From the NCBI GenBank assembly GCA_039915645.1, contig JBDSMX010000145.1:1-62331 (forward strand): a stretch of 62,331 nucleotides of DNA, read 5' to 3'. The stretch is from Gemmatimonadales bacterium (GTDB taxonomy: Bacteria > Gemmatimonadota > Gemmatimonadetes > Gemmatimonadales > GWC2-71-9). The stretch's first letter is position 1, and each line of letters opens with the position of its first letter. A model generated the notes under the pieces. That model was not told the DNA's origin and searched no databases. It saw only the letters and a list, made by a program, of their open reading frames with translations. Shown here in pieces: positions 39,806 to 50,361 of the stretch. A program made the position numbers and the translations under genes.

Positions 39806-40638
39806 ACGCGCCACGAGTCGTGCTGGTGCTGAGCGGGGGCGGCGCCAAGGCGGCGGCGCATATCGGCGCGGCGCGCGCGTTGTACGAGGCGGGAATCCGG
39901 CCGATCCATTTTGTCGGGACGTCGATGGGCGCCGTCATTGCCGTCGCGCTCGCAAGCGGTGAGGATCCGGCGGTGATTCTCGAGCGATTCGCGAGCGTGA
40001 AGCAGAGCGAGGTCATTGCGCCCGAGCGGATGCAGCTCTTCAAGGGGATCTGGGCGAGAGCGCTGCTCAAGACCGGCCCGTTGCGCGAGGCGATCCGTCG
40101 GATCATCCCGGTGCAGCGCTTCGCCGAGCTCGCGACGCCGGTGACGGTCACGGCTACGGAAGTGAAAACCGGCAAGGAAGTCGCCTTCGGGGCCGGTGGT
40201 GAAGATGCGCCGGTGCTCGATGTGCTCGTCGCGACCTGTGCCTTGCCGCCATATTTTGCTGCGGCACCGGTGAATGGTCGCGGTTTCTACGATGGCGGGC
40301 TTCGCGCAGTGGTTCCGCTGCGGCAGGCGCGCGATATTGAGTGCGACTTCGTGGTCGCGATCCATGTGGGTCCGGCGTTCGACGAACAAGGGGCGCCGGT
40401 GCAGGTGCCGCCACCGTTCGTCGCGGCGGCCGACACCGCAATTGGCTGGCTGATGGCAGGTACCACCGAACTGATGCGGGAGCACTGGGAACTCGATCCG
40501 GGCGCTCCACCGTTGATCTGGTTGCGGCCGATCAGCGACCGGGCGGCTACCTTCGCGATGGAAAAGATCCCCGAGTATGCCGAAGCGGGTTACACGTCGA
40601 TGCAGAAGGCGCTCGTTGACCTGCAGGAGGACGCATGA
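39802..40638 (+). CDS. Patatin-like phospholipase
   Basis: LSGGGAK, GTSMG, DGG. Confidence 0.9.
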   Translation: MNAPRVVLVLSGGGAKAAAHIGAARALYEAGIRPIHFVGTSMGAVIAVALASGEDPAVILERFASVKQSEVIAPERMQLFKGIWARALLKTGPLREAIRRIIPVQRFAELATPVTVTATEVKTGKEVAFGAGGEDAPVLDVLVATCALPPYFAAAPVNGRGFYDGGLRAVVPLRQARDIECDFVVAIHVGPAFDEQGAPVQVPPPFVAAADTAIGWLMAGTTELMREHWELDPGAPPLIWLRPISDRAATFAMEKIPEYAEAGYTSMQKALVDLQEDA

Positions 40639-41069
40639 CCGAGACTGTCACCGTTGATGTCCGCCACTTCTCTGTCGACCAGGCGAATGCGACGCTGCCG
40701 CTGGTGCGGCGGATCGTGAGCGACCTGATCGATCTGCATCCGCGCTGGCGGGCCGCCGTGGCCGCCTACGAGCTCGCCCAGGCCGACGTGACCGCCGACG
40801 GCGAGACCGATTCGGCGCGCGAGCAGCGGCTAGCCGCGGGCCGGCTGGCCGGCGAGATCGAGTCGTGCCTCGACGAGTTGACGCAGATCGGCTGCCACTT
40901 CAAGGACTTCGAGGCGGGGCTGGTCGACTTCCCCACGATCCATGACGACCGGCTGGTCTATCTCTGCTGGCGCGCGGGTGAGGAGCGGGTCGAGTACTGG
41001 CACGAGATCACCGGTGGTGTCGATGGCCGTCAGCCAATCGATGCGACCTTCGCTGCGGTGGCGTCGTGA
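40635..41069 (+). CDS. DUF2203 family protein
   Basis: F....AN..LPLV, KD...GLVDFP, YLCWR.GE....WH....G..GR.PI. Confidence 0.88.
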   Translation: MTETVTVDVRHFSVDQANATLPLVRRIVSDLIDLHPRWRAAVAAYELAQADVTADGETDSAREQRLAAGRLAGEIESCLDELTQIGCHFKDFEAGLVDFPTIHDDRLVYLCWRAGEERVEYWHEITGGVDGRQPIDATFAAVAS

Positions 41070-41524
41070 GCGGCATCTGGCGCCTGGTGCACTTCCTCTC
41101 CTTCGTCGCCTGGATTGGGGGCGGTCTCGGGGTGATGATGGCCGGCATCACGATGAACCGGCTCGATCGCTCGTTGTGGGGTGGCGTTGCCGACGTGCAG
41201 GCCGCGCTCTATCGCTGGCTGGTGGCGCCCGGGTCGCTGCTCACGGTCGGGTCTGGCGTGGTGCTCACGCTGCGGATGTATGGCGCCCTCTCGGGTCAGT
41301 CAGTGCCCTGGCTCGGCATGATGCAGGGGATGGGGCTGCTCGGCGCCCTGGTCACCCTGCTGGGCGCAATGCCTGCCGCTGGCCGACTCACGCGGCTCGA
41401 GCCCCTGGGTGAGACTGCCGCTGCGTTCGATGCTGCGCGCTCCCGGCTCAAGATCACCGGGATGATCGGCGGCATTCTCTCCCTCCTCGCGCTGGTGGCT
41501 GGCGCCCTGTACCGCACCGGATGA
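41066..41524 (+). CDS. Hypothetical four-TM membrane protein
   Basis: Four hydrophobic segments, H...WIGG start; overlaps neighbours by 4 bp. Confidence 0.7.
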   Translation: MSGIWRLVHFLSFVAWIGGGLGVMMAGITMNRLDRSLWGGVADVQAALYRWLVAPGSLLTVGSGVVLTLRMYGALSGQSVPWLGMMQGMGLLGALVTLLGAMPAAGRLTRLEPLGETAAAFDAARSRLKITGMIGGILSLLALVAGALYRTG

Positions 41525-42762
41525 CGATCTCGCGCCGCGACCTGCTTGCGCTGGCCGCCGCGCTCCCCGGCTTCTCGGGTCTGGCTCACGCGGCGCTGCC
41601 GCCGCGACCAACGTCGGCGCTGCCGAAGGGCCCCGGGCCCGACGACGAGGCGGCCTGGGAGCGGATCGCGAACGAGTTCGTGATCGAAGGGACCCATCTC
41701 AACACCGGTACCTACGGCGCCTGTCCGCTGCCGGTGCTCGATGCGACAATCCATCATATGCGCGCGTTCGAGCGGATGATCGGTCAGGAAGCGGTCGACG
41801 TGAAGGCGGTGCACGCCGAACTCGAGACCTTCCTCGGCGCGTGGCCCGGCAGCGTGGCGATCCTGCGCAACACCACCGAAGCGATGAATGTCGTGGCCAA
41901 CGGCCTCGAACTCGCTGCGGGTGATGAGGTGCTCGCGACGACGCACGAACATATCGGCGGACGCTGCGCCTGGGACCTGCTCGCGAAACGACGTGGTGTG
42001 GTGTTCAAGCAGTTCACCCCGCCACTCGATCCGAGTGACGACGGCGAACTGATCGCGGCCTGGCAGCGCGAAGTCACGCCACGCACCAAGGTGCTGATGA
42101 TCTCGCAGGTGCTGTTCACCACCGGGATGATTCAGCCCGCTGCGGCACTGGTGAAATGGGCGCGATCACGAGGGATTGTGAGCGTGATCGATGCGGCGCA
42201 TCCGCCGGGAATGCTGGTGAACAACCTGCAGGCCCTCGATGCGGACTACTACTGCACGTCGACGCACAAGTGGCTGCTGGCGCCCAAGGGCACCGGCCTG
42301 CTCGTGGTGCACCCCGAGCGCATCAAGAGCACTTGGCCGCTGATTGCATCTGGCGACTGGAACAGCGACCTCATCGCGCGCTTCGAGCATGTCGGAACCA
42401 GTAACGACTCGCTGGTGGCCGGCATGCGTGCGGCAGTGGCTTTCCAGAATGCCATTGGCTCTGCCGCAATAGAGCAGCGGATCCGCGGGCTGGGCACGCG
42501 CCTTTTCGACGCGCTGCGGGATGTTCCACGGGTGAAACTGCTATCGCCGCGCCGCGCGTCGATGCGATCGCCGATGGTGTCGTTCAGGATGGATGGCACC
42601 AATGCAGAGCAACTGCAGGGTTACCTTGGGCGGGAGCGGATCCGGACGCGACGGATCGCGGAGTACGGCTATGAGTATCTGCGGCTGAGCTCGCACATCT
42701 ACGTCTTGCCGCGCGACCTCGACCGGACCGTGGCGCTCTTGCGAGAGGCGCCGCGCAGCTGA
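41521..42762 (+). CDS. Tat-exported class V PLP enzyme (isopenicillin-N-epimerase/cysteine-lyase-like)
   Basis: SRRDLL Tat signal, LNTGTYG, NTTEA, DAAH, STHKWL.APKGTG. Confidence 0.85.
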   Translation: MTISRRDLLALAAALPGFSGLAHAALPPRPTSALPKGPGPDDEAAWERIANEFVIEGTHLNTGTYGACPLPVLDATIHHMRAFERMIGQEAVDVKAVHAELETFLGAWPGSVAILRNTTEAMNVVANGLELAAGDEVLATTHEHIGGRCAWDLLAKRRGVVFKQFTPPLDPSDDGELIAAWQREVTPRTKVLMISQVLFTTGMIQPAAALVKWARSRGIVSVIDAAHPPGMLVNNLQALDADYYCTSTHKWLLAPKGTGLLVVHPERIKSTWPLIASGDWNSDLIARFEHVGTSNDSLVAGMRAAVAFQNAIGSAAIEQRIRGLGTRLFDALRDVPRVKLLSPRRASMRSPMVSFRMDGTNAEQLQGYLGRERIRTRRIAEYGYEYLRLSSHIYVLPRDLDRTVALLREAPRS

Positions 42763-43430
42763 ACCACTCCGGTGCGACAGAGATCGCGCACCGGGCAGCG
42801 GTCGCAGTGCATGACGCGCGCAGTGCAGATCAGGGCACCGAGTTCCATGAGTGCCTGGTTGATGGTCCAGGTGGTGAGTCCGCGGCGCGATACCAGGGTA
42901 CTCGCGGTGGCCCAGAGTTGCCTTTCACCCTTGGCACCTGGGCGAAGCCGGGGATGGAAAATCCGGCGCAGCACCCGCGCCACGTTGGTGTCGACGGCGG
43001 GCTCGGGGAGCTCGAAGGCGAAGGAGGCCACGGCCCCTGCCGTGTAGGCCCCGACCCCCGGGAGAGCCCGTAGCGCGGCGACGTCGCGTGGCAATTCTCC
43101 GCCGTGGTGCGTCACCACCTCGCGGGCGAGCAGGTGGAGGTTGCTGGCACGGCGGTAGTAGCCGAGCCCGGCCCACGATTCCTGCACCCTGCGCGGTGGT
43201 GCCTCGGCGAGATGATGGATGGTCGGGAAGCGTTCGAGGAAACGGGCCCAGTAGCCTTCGACCCGCGACACCTGCGTCTGCTGGAGCATGACTTCCGAGA
43301 CGAGGATCTGATAGGGGTCGCGCGTTCGACGCCAGGGCAGGTCACGACCATGCCGGCGGAACCAGGCGAGCAGGCGTCGCTTGACCCGGAGGCGTTGCTC
43401 GGCGAGAACAGGGATAGACTTGAGGTTCAC
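42699..43430 (-). CDS. mutY: A/G-specific adenine glycosylase, short form without the C-terminal domain
   Basis: RDLPWR, SEVMLQQTQV, WAGLGYY.RA, LPGVGAYTA, VDTNV, C-x6-C-x2-C-x5-C. Confidence 0.88.
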   Translation of the reverse strand: MNLKSIPVLAEQRLRVKRRLLAWFRRHGRDLPWRRTRDPYQILVSEVMLQQTQVSRVEGYWARFLERFPTIHHLAEAPPRRVQESWAGLGYYRRASNLHLLAREVVTHHGGELPRDVAALRALPGVGAYTAGAVASFAFELPEPAVDTNVARVLRRIFHPRLRPGAKGERQLWATASTLVSRRGLTTWTINQALMELGALICTARVMHCDRCPVRDLCRTGVVQLRGASRKSATVRSRSRGKT

Positions 43431-43481
43431 CACGGCACAAGATAGAGGTGTGATGATCCACGGTCGAGGAGTCGGGAGCCG

Positions 43482-44270
43482 GTGAGTTCGCTCGTCACAC
43501 GCGTGCAACACAGCGCGGGTCGCGCCGTTCTCGACACGCTCGCCGCCGTCGGCCGCTTTGCCGCGCTGATGGTCGAGCTCGTGCGCGGGCTCACCGAGTG
43601 GCGGATCTGGGTCCCCCGCGCCTTCGACGAGGCGTGGAACATCGGGATCGGCTCGCTCTTCATCGTGCTGCTGATCTCCTCCTTTGCCGGCGCCGTGACG
43701 GCGCTGCAGGCGGGCTATCAGTTCACCGGCAACATCCCGATCTACGTGGTTGGCTCCCTGGTGACCGAGTCGGTGGTGCTGGAGCTCGGGCCGGTGCTGG
43801 TCGGGCTCATTCTCGCCGGGCGGATCGGTGCCTCCTACGCCGCCGAACTCGGCACGATGCGCGTCACCGAACAGATCGATGCGCTCGAGTCGCTGGGGCG
43901 GTCGCCGGCGAGCCATCTGCTGATTCCGCGGGTGATGGCCTGCCTGCTGATGATTCCGATCCTGGTGATCTTTGCCGACGTGGTCGCCGTGCTCGCGGGG
44001 TGGCTCGCGGCCAAGCAAGCGCTGCCCATTACCGACCAGGACTTCATCTACGGGGCCCGGATCTTCTGGCGCCCGTTTGATGCCACCTACTCGGTCACCA
44101 AGGCGTTCTTCTTTGCCGCGGCGATTTCGCTGATCTCGTGCTATCGCGGCTACACCACCAAGCAGGGTGCCGAGGGGGTCGGGAAGGCGGCCACGGGTGC
44201 CGTGGTCACGTCGTCGGTCCTGATCCTGCTGCTCGACACCGTGCTCGCCAAGCTGCTGCTCAAGGCATGA
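43482..44270 (+). CDS. mlaE: MlaE ABC permease
   Basis: ELGPVL..L..AGR.G..YAAELGTMRVTEQIDALE, GAEGVG.A.T.AVV. Confidence 0.92.
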   Translation: MSSLVTRVQHSAGRAVLDTLAAVGRFAALMVELVRGLTEWRIWVPRAFDEAWNIGIGSLFIVLLISSFAGAVTALQAGYQFTGNIPIYVVGSLVTESVVLELGPVLVGLILAGRIGASYAAELGTMRVTEQIDALESLGRSPASHLLIPRVMACLLMIPILVIFADVVAVLAGWLAAKQALPITDQDFIYGARIFWRPFDATYSVTKAFFFAAAISLISCYRGYTTKQGAEGVGKAATGAVVTSSVLILLLDTVLAKLLLKA

Positions 44271-45013
44271 TCGAACTCCGCGATGTCGCGAAGCGCTTCG
44301 GCGCCCAGGTGGTCCTCGACGGGGTCACGCTCACGGTGAATGAGGGCGAGACGCTCGCGCTGCTCGGGCCCTCGGGCACCGGCAAGAGCGTGCTGCTCAA
44401 GCATATCATCGGGTTGCTGCGCCCCGACCGGGGCGAGGTCATCGTCGACGGGCTGTACGTGGCGAAGCTCAAGCGCAAGGAACTCGCGGCATTGCGCGCG
44501 ACGATCGGTTACGTCTTCCAGAACGGCGCCCTGTTCGACTCGATGAATGTGCACGAGAATATCCGCCTCGGGCTCACCGATCCGGAGCAGTTCAACGACG
44601 CGGAGTATGTCGAGAAGCGGGTCGGTGAATGCCTCAAGATCGTGAATCTCGCGCCCGAGACCGCGCGGAAGATGCCGGCCGAACTTTCGGGTGGCATGCG
44701 GAAGCGAGTCGGCATCGCCCGGGCCATCGCCGGCAAGCCGAAGTACCTGCTCTATGACGAGCCGACGTCGGGTCTCGATCCGGTGAACTCCGACGTCATC
44801 GACACGATGATCAAGCGGCTCGACACCGAACTGGGCGTGACCTCGATCATGGTGACCCACGACGTGCGCGGTGCCTTCCGCACCGCCGATCGGATCGCGC
44901 TGCTGACGCAGGGCAAGATCGTGGCGATCGGCACGCCGGAAGAATTCCGGGATTCGACCGTACCAGAAGTCAAAGCGTTCCTCGAACGCGACTTCGACAA
45001 TGAGCCCATCTGA
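44267..45013 (+). CDS. mlaF: MlaF ABC ATPase
   Basis: GPSGTGKS, FQNGALFDS, LSGGMRKRV, YDEPTSGLDP. Confidence 0.92.
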   Translation: MIELRDVAKRFGAQVVLDGVTLTVNEGETLALLGPSGTGKSVLLKHIIGLLRPDRGEVIVDGLYVAKLKRKELAALRATIGYVFQNGALFDSMNVHENIRLGLTDPEQFNDAEYVEKRVGECLKIVNLAPETARKMPAELSGGMRKRVGIARAIAGKPKYLLYDEPTSGLDPVNSDVIDTMIKRLDTELGVTSIMVTHDVRGAFRTADRIALLTQGKIVAIGTPEEFRDSTVPEVKAFLERDFDNEPI

Positions 45014-45026
45014 CCGGGACTGACCG

Positions 45027-45902
45027 ATGAATTCATATCAGAAGGAAGCCGCCGTCGGACTCCTCGTCATCGTGGGCGCACTCGCGTTCGTGGGCGGCGG
45101 GATGTTCCTGCGCAACAAGAGCATCAAGAGCCCCGATGTGCTGGTGCTCTTCGACAACATCGGCAATCTCAAGGACGGCGCCCCGGTCCGGATCTCCGGC
45201 GCTCCGGTCGGCCGAGTCGACGGGATCACCTTCGAGGGCGTCGGCAAGGTGCGCATCGGCATCATCTTCACCGAAAAGATCGTCCCGGCGAAGAATGCCC
45301 AGGCCTCCATCGGCAGTGTCGGCATGCTGGGTGACGTGATCGTGAATTTCAATCCCGGCACGGGCGAGCCGCTGCCCAAGGGTGCCACGATCATCGGCAC
45401 GGTCGAGAAGGGGATCTTCGACAAGGGCGCGGTGATCGCCGATCAGGCATCGCAGACGCTGACCTCGCTGAACCGGATGCTCGATACCGGGCTGGTCATC
45501 GACCTGCGCCACACCCTGACCACGACCGACAAGCTGCTCCGCTACCTGTCCGACCAGAAGGGCGGCCCCACGGCCGAAGTGAACTCGACCATGCGGTCGC
45601 TGCAGCAGACGTCGGCGCGGCTCGATACCACGCTGCAGCAGCTCGACGCCAAGTCGCTGCAGACGCGGCTCGACTCCACCATGCGTTCGACCGGGGCGCT
45701 CGCCGACCGGCTCGCCGCGACCTCGACCCGGATGGACTCGCTCCTGGCCAAGATCCAGCGGGGCGACGGCACCCTGGGCAAGCTCGCCTCGGACTCGGGG
45801 TTGTATGTTGATCTCCGCAAAACGCTGCAGGCGACCAACGGGCTGATCGACGAGCTCAAGAAGAACCCCGGCAAGATCGGGGTGACCGTCAAGCTCTTCT
45901 GA
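45027..45902 (+). CDS. mlaD: MlaD/MCE-domain protein
   Basis: N-terminal TM, L..G.PV...G..VG.V MCE motif, helical tail with GTLGKL. Confidence 0.88.
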   Translation: MNSYQKEAAVGLLVIVGALAFVGGGMFLRNKSIKSPDVLVLFDNIGNLKDGAPVRISGAPVGRVDGITFEGVGKVRIGIIFTEKIVPAKNAQASIGSVGMLGDVIVNFNPGTGEPLPKGATIIGTVEKGIFDKGAVIADQASQTLTSLNRMLDTGLVIDLRHTLTTTDKLLRYLSDQKGGPTAEVNSTMRSLQQTSARLDTTLQQLDAKSLQTRLDSTMRSTGALADRLAATSTRMDSLLAKIQRGDGTLGKLASDSGLYVDLRKTLQATNGLIDELKKNPGKIGVTVKLF

Positions 45903-45913
45903 GGAGTAACTGC

Positions 45914-46471
45914 GTGACCGATTTCCAGGACCATATCCGCGCCATTCTCGAGGGAGTTGGAGAAGATCCCGACCGCGATGGCCTGCAGAAGACGCCGGAG
46001 CGGGTCGAGAAGTCGCTGCGCTTCCTCACCCAGGGGTATCAGCAGAGCGCAGCCGGAGTGATTGGCGAGGCGCTCTTCGAGGAGTCGCACCACAACATGG
46101 TGGTGGTCCGCGATATCGAGTTCTACTCGATGTGCGAGCACCATATGCTGCCGTTCTTCGGCAAGGCGCACGTGGCCTACATCCCGAACGGCCGGATCGT
46201 CGGGCTCTCGAAGATGGCTCGCGTGGTCGATGTCTTCGCCCGCCGCTTGCAGGTGCAGGAGCGGATGACCGACCAGATCGCCGATGCGCTTTCGGCTGAA
46301 CTCGAGCCGCGCGGCGTTGGGGTGGTGCTCGAGGCAGCCCACTTCTGCATGATGATGCGCGGCGTCCAGAAGCAGGGGTCGCAAACCGTGACCTCCGCAA
46401 TGCGCGGCGCCTTCCTCGATGATCCGCGCACCCGCGAGGAATTCCTCCGACTGGTGCACGCCTCCCGATGA
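45914..46471 (+). CDS. folE: GTP cyclohydrolase I
   Basis: [44 protein letters not shown]. Confidence 0.97.
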   Translation: MTDFQDHIRAILEGVGEDPDRDGLQKTPERVEKSLRFLTQGYQQSAAGVIGEALFEESHHNMVVVRDIEFYSMCEHHMLPFFGKAHVAYIPNGRIVGLSKMARVVDVFARRLQVQERMTDQIADALSAELEPRGVGVVLEAAHFCMMMRGVQKQGSQTVTSAMRGAFLDDPRTREEFLRLVHASR

Positions 46472-47385
46472 TCCAGGTGATCTTCCTCGGCACCAGCGCT
46501 GCGCTCCCGACCACCGAGCGCAACGTCTCCGGGCTGATGCTGCAGCGGGAAGGGGAACTGCTCCTGTTCGATTGCGGCGAGGGCACCCAGCGGCAGATGA
46601 TGCGCTACGGTGCCGGCTTCACGATGTCGGACATCTTCTTCTCGCACTACCACTCCGATCATACCCTCGGGCTCCCGGGGCTCCTGCGTTCGCTCGGGAT
46701 GATGGCGCGCACCGCGCCGCTTACGCTGCACGGCCCGCGCGGCGCGCACAAGCACCTCGGCCAGCTGGTCGCGCTCGGCATGGAGAAGGTGAAATTTCCG
46801 GTCGAGATCGTCGAGCTCGCTCCGGGTCAGGTGTTGCCGCGCGGCGATTACGATCTGCACGTCGGCGAGGCGAGTCATCGCGGCGACTGCATCGCCTACG
46901 CGCTGGTGGAACACGACCGACTCGGGCGCTTCGATCCCGAGCTCGCGCGCACCATCGGGATCCCGGAGGGCCCGCTCTGGGGGCGGATCCACAAGGGGGA
47001 GAGCGTGACGCTCGAAAACGGTCGGGTGGTGACGCCGGAGGAACTGGTCGGCCCCGCGCGTCCGGGTCGCCGGGTGACCTATTCCGGCGACTCGGCCCCA
47101 ACCGACGCGATGCTCCATCTCGCCGTCGGCGCCGATCTGCTGATTCACGAGGCCACATTCGGGGAAGATGAGCGGGAACGCGCGCGCGAGACGATGCACT
47201 CGACCGCCCGCGAGGCCGCCACCCTGGCAATGGAAGCCGGCGTGAAGCGGCTGGTGCTGACGCACATCTCGGCGCGCTATTCCCGCGAAGCACCTGAGCT
47301 GCTCGCCGAGGCGCGCGCGGTCTTCGAGGCGACCACCATCGCGAAGGACGGGATGGTGATCGAGGTGCCGTACCGAAGCGCCTAG
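46468..47385 (+). CDS. rnz: Ribonuclease Z
   Basis: [27 protein letters not shown]-rich exosite, [16 protein letters not shown]. Confidence 0.95.
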   Translation: MIQVIFLGTSAALPTTERNVSGLMLQREGELLLFDCGEGTQRQMMRYGAGFTMSDIFFSHYHSDHTLGLPGLLRSLGMMARTAPLTLHGPRGAHKHLGQLVALGMEKVKFPVEIVELAPGQVLPRGDYDLHVGEASHRGDCIAYALVEHDRLGRFDPELARTIGIPEGPLWGRIHKGESVTLENGRVVTPEELVGPARPGRRVTYSGDSAPTDAMLHLAVGADLLIHEATFGEDERERARETMHSTAREAATLAMEAGVKRLVLTHISARYSREAPELLAEARAVFEATTIAKDGMVIEVPYRSA

Positions 47386-47458
47386 CCGAATCGGTCGGGC
47401 GCCTGAACGGCGCCCGTTTTTCCGGTGGTGCCGCGCTTGCGCGGCACCGGTCTCCGCC
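47386..47458. repeat. Palindromic dispersed repeat, module A copy 1 (first hairpin doubles as the rnz terminator)
   Basis: CGGGCGCC-TGAAC-GGCGCCCG-TTTTT then GGTGCCGCGC-TT-GCGCGGCACC; close copy at 52051-52123. Confidence 0.85.
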
Positions 47459-47471
47459 TCACACACCAGCA

Positions 47472-47501
47472 CTGTCATCCTGAGCGAAGTCGAAGGATCT
47501 C
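47472..47501. repeat. REP-like repeat, module B copy 1 (CTGTCATCCTGAGCGAAGTCGAAGGATCTC)
   Basis: Related copy at 51980-52029. Confidence 0.8.
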
Positions 47502-47505
47502 CTGC

Positions 47506-47632
47506 CGAGGCGTCGCTCGTGGGCTGCCTCTCCGCGACTCCCGAAGGTCCGACGAACATCGCGCTGGCGACGTAGGCTCCGCTCGCGGACATTCGAAGGC
47601 CGCTGCGAGGCACCCACGACGCGACGCCCTCG
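47506..47632. repeat. Long imperfect inverted repeat (about 127 nt rod)
   Basis: GGCGTCGC/GCGACGCC, TCGTGGG/CCCACGA, TGCCTC/GAGGCA and GTCCG/CGGAC nested arms. Confidence 0.7.
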
Positions 47633-47717
47633 AAGTACGGGCACGCTGACACAAACCCGAAACCGACAACACTCCGCCCTCGTCATTGCTTTCGTTCCGC
47701 TCACCTCGGAGAAAGTT

Positions 47718-48779
47718 GTGAAGAAGCTTCACATCATCGCGATGCTTGTCATGTGTGGCGCCGCGTCGCTGCCGGCGCAGAGTGCCGGCGCCATCGATGC
47801 AGCAGAGCGCAAGGCAGCCATCAACACGCTCGCCGAGCAGCTCACCAAGCTCTACGTGTTTCCCGAGAAGGCCACGGTGATGGCGAACGCGTTGCACGAG
47901 AATCTCGCGCGCGGCGACTACGATTCACTGAACAGCGGGCCGGCGTTCGCGCAGCGACTCACGCGCGATCTCGACGCCCTGGTGCACGACAAGCACCTCC
48001 GGATCGCGTACTCGATGGATGTGCTGCCGGAGTTCCATGGCTTCGAGGGGCGCGCGCCGAGCGAGGAGCAGGTGGCACGAGCGCGCGCGAATCACTTCGG
48101 CTTCGTGAACGTGAAGGTGCTCCCCGGCAATGTCGGCCTGCTCCAGTTCACCGGATTCCAGCAGCCCGAGGGGGAGATTCGCGACACCGCGATCGCGGTG
48201 ATGAAGCGGCTTGCCGGGGTCGATGCGCTACTGGTGGACTTGCGGAGCAATGGCGGCGGCGATCCGGAGATGGTGGCGCTGCTGTCGTCGCAGCTCTTTC
48301 CCAAGGGAAAGAAGGTCCACCTCAACGATCTCTACTGGCGCCCGACCGAACACACCGACGAGTTCTATACCGACCCCACGCTCGCCGTGGGGCGGATCAC
48401 CGGCCCGGTCTACACGGTGACTTCCTCGCGCACCTTTTCGGCGGCCGAGGAGTACACCAGCAACCTCAAGGCATTGAAGCGAGCGACGCAGGTGGGCGAG
48501 ACCACGGGGGGCGGGGCGCATCCTGGTGGGCAGGCGCGGCTTTCGGATCACTATTCGGCGTTCATTCCGCGGGGGAGGGCGATCAACCCGATCACCAAAG
48601 GGAACTGGGAAGGGACCGGCAATGTGCCAGAGATTGCCACCACGCGTGACGAGGCGCTCAAGGTGGCCTATCTCGAGGCGTTGAAGACGCTCGAGAAGTC
48701 GGCGAAGACGGACTTGAAGATCAATGAACTTCGCGCGGCGCGAAAGAAACTTGAGAGCGGAGTTACGTCGTTGAATTGA
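47718..48779 (+). CDS. Peptidase S41 family (IRBP-like), secreted
   Basis: DKHL, DLRSNGGG, TFSAAE, GETTGGGAHP, WEGTG..P; signal peptide. Confidence 0.9.
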   Translation: MKKLHIIAMLVMCGAASLPAQSAGAIDAAERKAAINTLAEQLTKLYVFPEKATVMANALHENLARGDYDSLNSGPAFAQRLTRDLDALVHDKHLRIAYSMDVLPEFHGFEGRAPSEEQVARARANHFGFVNVKVLPGNVGLLQFTGFQQPEGEIRDTAIAVMKRLAGVDALLVDLRSNGGGDPEMVALLSSQLFPKGKKVHLNDLYWRPTEHTDEFYTDPTLAVGRITGPVYTVTSSRTFSAAEEYTSNLKALKRATQVGETTGGGAHPGGQARLSDHYSAFIPRGRAINPITKGNWEGTGNVPEIATTRDEALKVAYLEALKTLEKSAKTDLKINELRAARKKLESGVTSLN

Positions 48780-50136
48780 TGAACTTTGCCGTGTCGAATT
48801 TCGTTTTCGCGGCCTTGAGCGACATGTAGCGCACCGTGCCGAAGATCGGGCGGCGATAGAACGGTCGATCGAACTTGCCGAAGCACCAGAGTACGCCGCC
48901 ATAGGAGTTGGGGTCGCGGCCATCGAGCGAGTACTTGTTGTTGAGATGTTCGAGGATGCGGAGGGCGGTCGCCGCATCCCTGGTCCAGCCGATCACCGAC
49001 TTCCCCCACAACATGCGCAGATAGTTGGGCATCCAGCCATCGCGGAGGTATGTGCGCTGGCAGGCGTTCCAGAGCTCGTCGCCGGTCGAGGCGTATTCGA
49101 GCTGCGAACTGGAGTAGATGGTGCGCGGATCACCCTCGTGGTCGGCGAGTTCCTTCTGGGCCCATTCCGGAATCGCGGCCGTGGTGCGGTGCTTGGCGTT
49201 GTGGGTGCAGAGATTGAAGGCGAGTTCGCGCCAGGTGAGCGTCTCGTCGAGGAATTTCTCCCACGCTTCCTGCGGCCCGGCCTTCTTCGCCGCGAGAAGC
49301 ACCTCGTGTGGCGAGACGTGCCCGAAGTGCAGCCAGGGCGACATCTTGCTGGTGACATCGAGGTTGGGATCGTTGCGCTCGAGATAGTTGGGCAGCCCGT
49401 TCTTGGTCCACCACTTGAGTCGCTTTCTTGCCGCCGTGGTTCCGCCGCGCCAGCCAACGGCAGGTGCCACGTCGTGATCAATCGCGCACGACGCCACCAG
49501 CGACGCGATCGTCTCGTCGCTCGGCCGGGTGACCTCGAATGGCAAATCAATCGGGCCGCGCTTCGCAGGCTCGGGATTCTCCGGCGGGAGCAGCCAGTCG
49601 TCGAGATCCTTCATCAGCACCGGCCGGATATGCCGAGCGCCTGAGAAGGCCTTGTCGAGGCGCTTGGCTGGGATCACGGTCGAGGAGTCGACGGCGACCA
49701 CGGGGCAATCGGCGCTGGCGCGGAGTTCCTTGGTCCGCCGCGGCACCACGAAGGTGGGGAACCAGTCGGTCACCACCATCGCGGCGCGGTTGGCGAGGGC
49801 GATCAGCGGCGGCGCGGCTTCGGTATCTCCGGTGACGAGGTGGCAGGCGTACTGGATCCCCCGGGCGGCGAAATCGCGCTGGAGGTCAACCACGCCCTCG
49901 AGAACAAAGGTGTGGAAGCGGTCACTCGCCCAGGGGTAGTCGTGCCGGAGCTCCTGATAGACCAGCACCGGGAGTCCGAGCTCGTCGGCCCGTTCGATGG
50001 CGAAATTGAGGGCGAAGTTGTCGTGGGCCCGCTGGACCACCTGCATCCAGTAGAGCACGAACTCCCGGCCCGGGAGCGGGCGGGTCGCCCCTTTGGTCCA
50101 GAGTCGGTCGTCGGTGAGTGGTGCGAAGCGTTGCAT
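48763..50136 (-). CDS. phr: Class II CPD photolyase
   Basis: VLYWMQ..QR..DN.AL, SPWLHFGH, MPNYLRMLWGK, LNNKYSLDGRDPNSY, RPIFG.VRYM. Confidence 0.9.
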   Translation of the reverse strand: MQRFAPLTDDRLWTKGATRPLPGREFVLYWMQVVQRAHDNFALNFAIERADELGLPVLVYQELRHDYPWASDRFHTFVLEGVVDLQRDFAARGIQYACHLVTGDTEAAPPLIALANRAAMVVTDWFPTFVVPRRTKELRASADCPVVAVDSSTVIPAKRLDKAFSGARHIRPVLMKDLDDWLLPPENPEPAKRGPIDLPFEVTRPSDETIASLVASCAIDHDVAPAVGWRGGTTAARKRLKWWTKNGLPNYLERNDPNLDVTSKMSPWLHFGHVSPHEVLLAAKKAGPQEAWEKFLDETLTWRELAFNLCTHNAKHRTTAAIPEWAQKELADHEGDPRTIYSSSQLEYASTGDELWNACQRTYLRDGWMPNYLRMLWGKSVIGWTRDAATALRILEHLNNKYSLDGRDPNSYGGVLWCFGKFDRPFYRRPIFGTVRYMSLKAAKTKFDTAKFINSTT

Positions 50137-50244
50137 TGCTCCAAGGTACGTCGGTCCGGTCGGTCCGGATTGGTGCAGCTGTTCGGAATCTGCCCATTGC
50201 CGCCATTGAGGGGGCCGACGCACCGCGAATTGCGGTCGTCGCAC

Positions 50245-50273
50245 TTGCCCCGGATGCCCTCAGACCCTATTGT
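50245..50273 (+). promoter_or_regulatory. Putative sigma70 promoter of tRNA-Ala
   Basis: TTGCCC-17 nt-TATTGT. Confidence 0.55.
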
Positions 50274-50286
50274 TTCGCCCCTTCCC

Positions 50287-50359
50287 GGGGCTGTAGCTCA
50301 GCTGGGAGAGCGCTGCTTTCGCATAGCAGAGGTCAGGGGTTCGATCCCCCTCAGCTCCA
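50287..50359 (+). tRNA. tRNA-Ala(CGC)
   Basis: GGGGCTG/CAGCTCC acceptor with G3:U70; anticodon arm CTGCT-TTCGCAT-AGCAG; GGTTCGATCC T-arm; CCA not encoded. Confidence 0.97.
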
Positions 50360-50361
50360 TA

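Noticed and set aside
47506..47632. 6S RNA or SRP RNA
   Set aside because: Too short and lacks the large central bubble of 6S; no SRP GGAA-tetraloop domain recognised.
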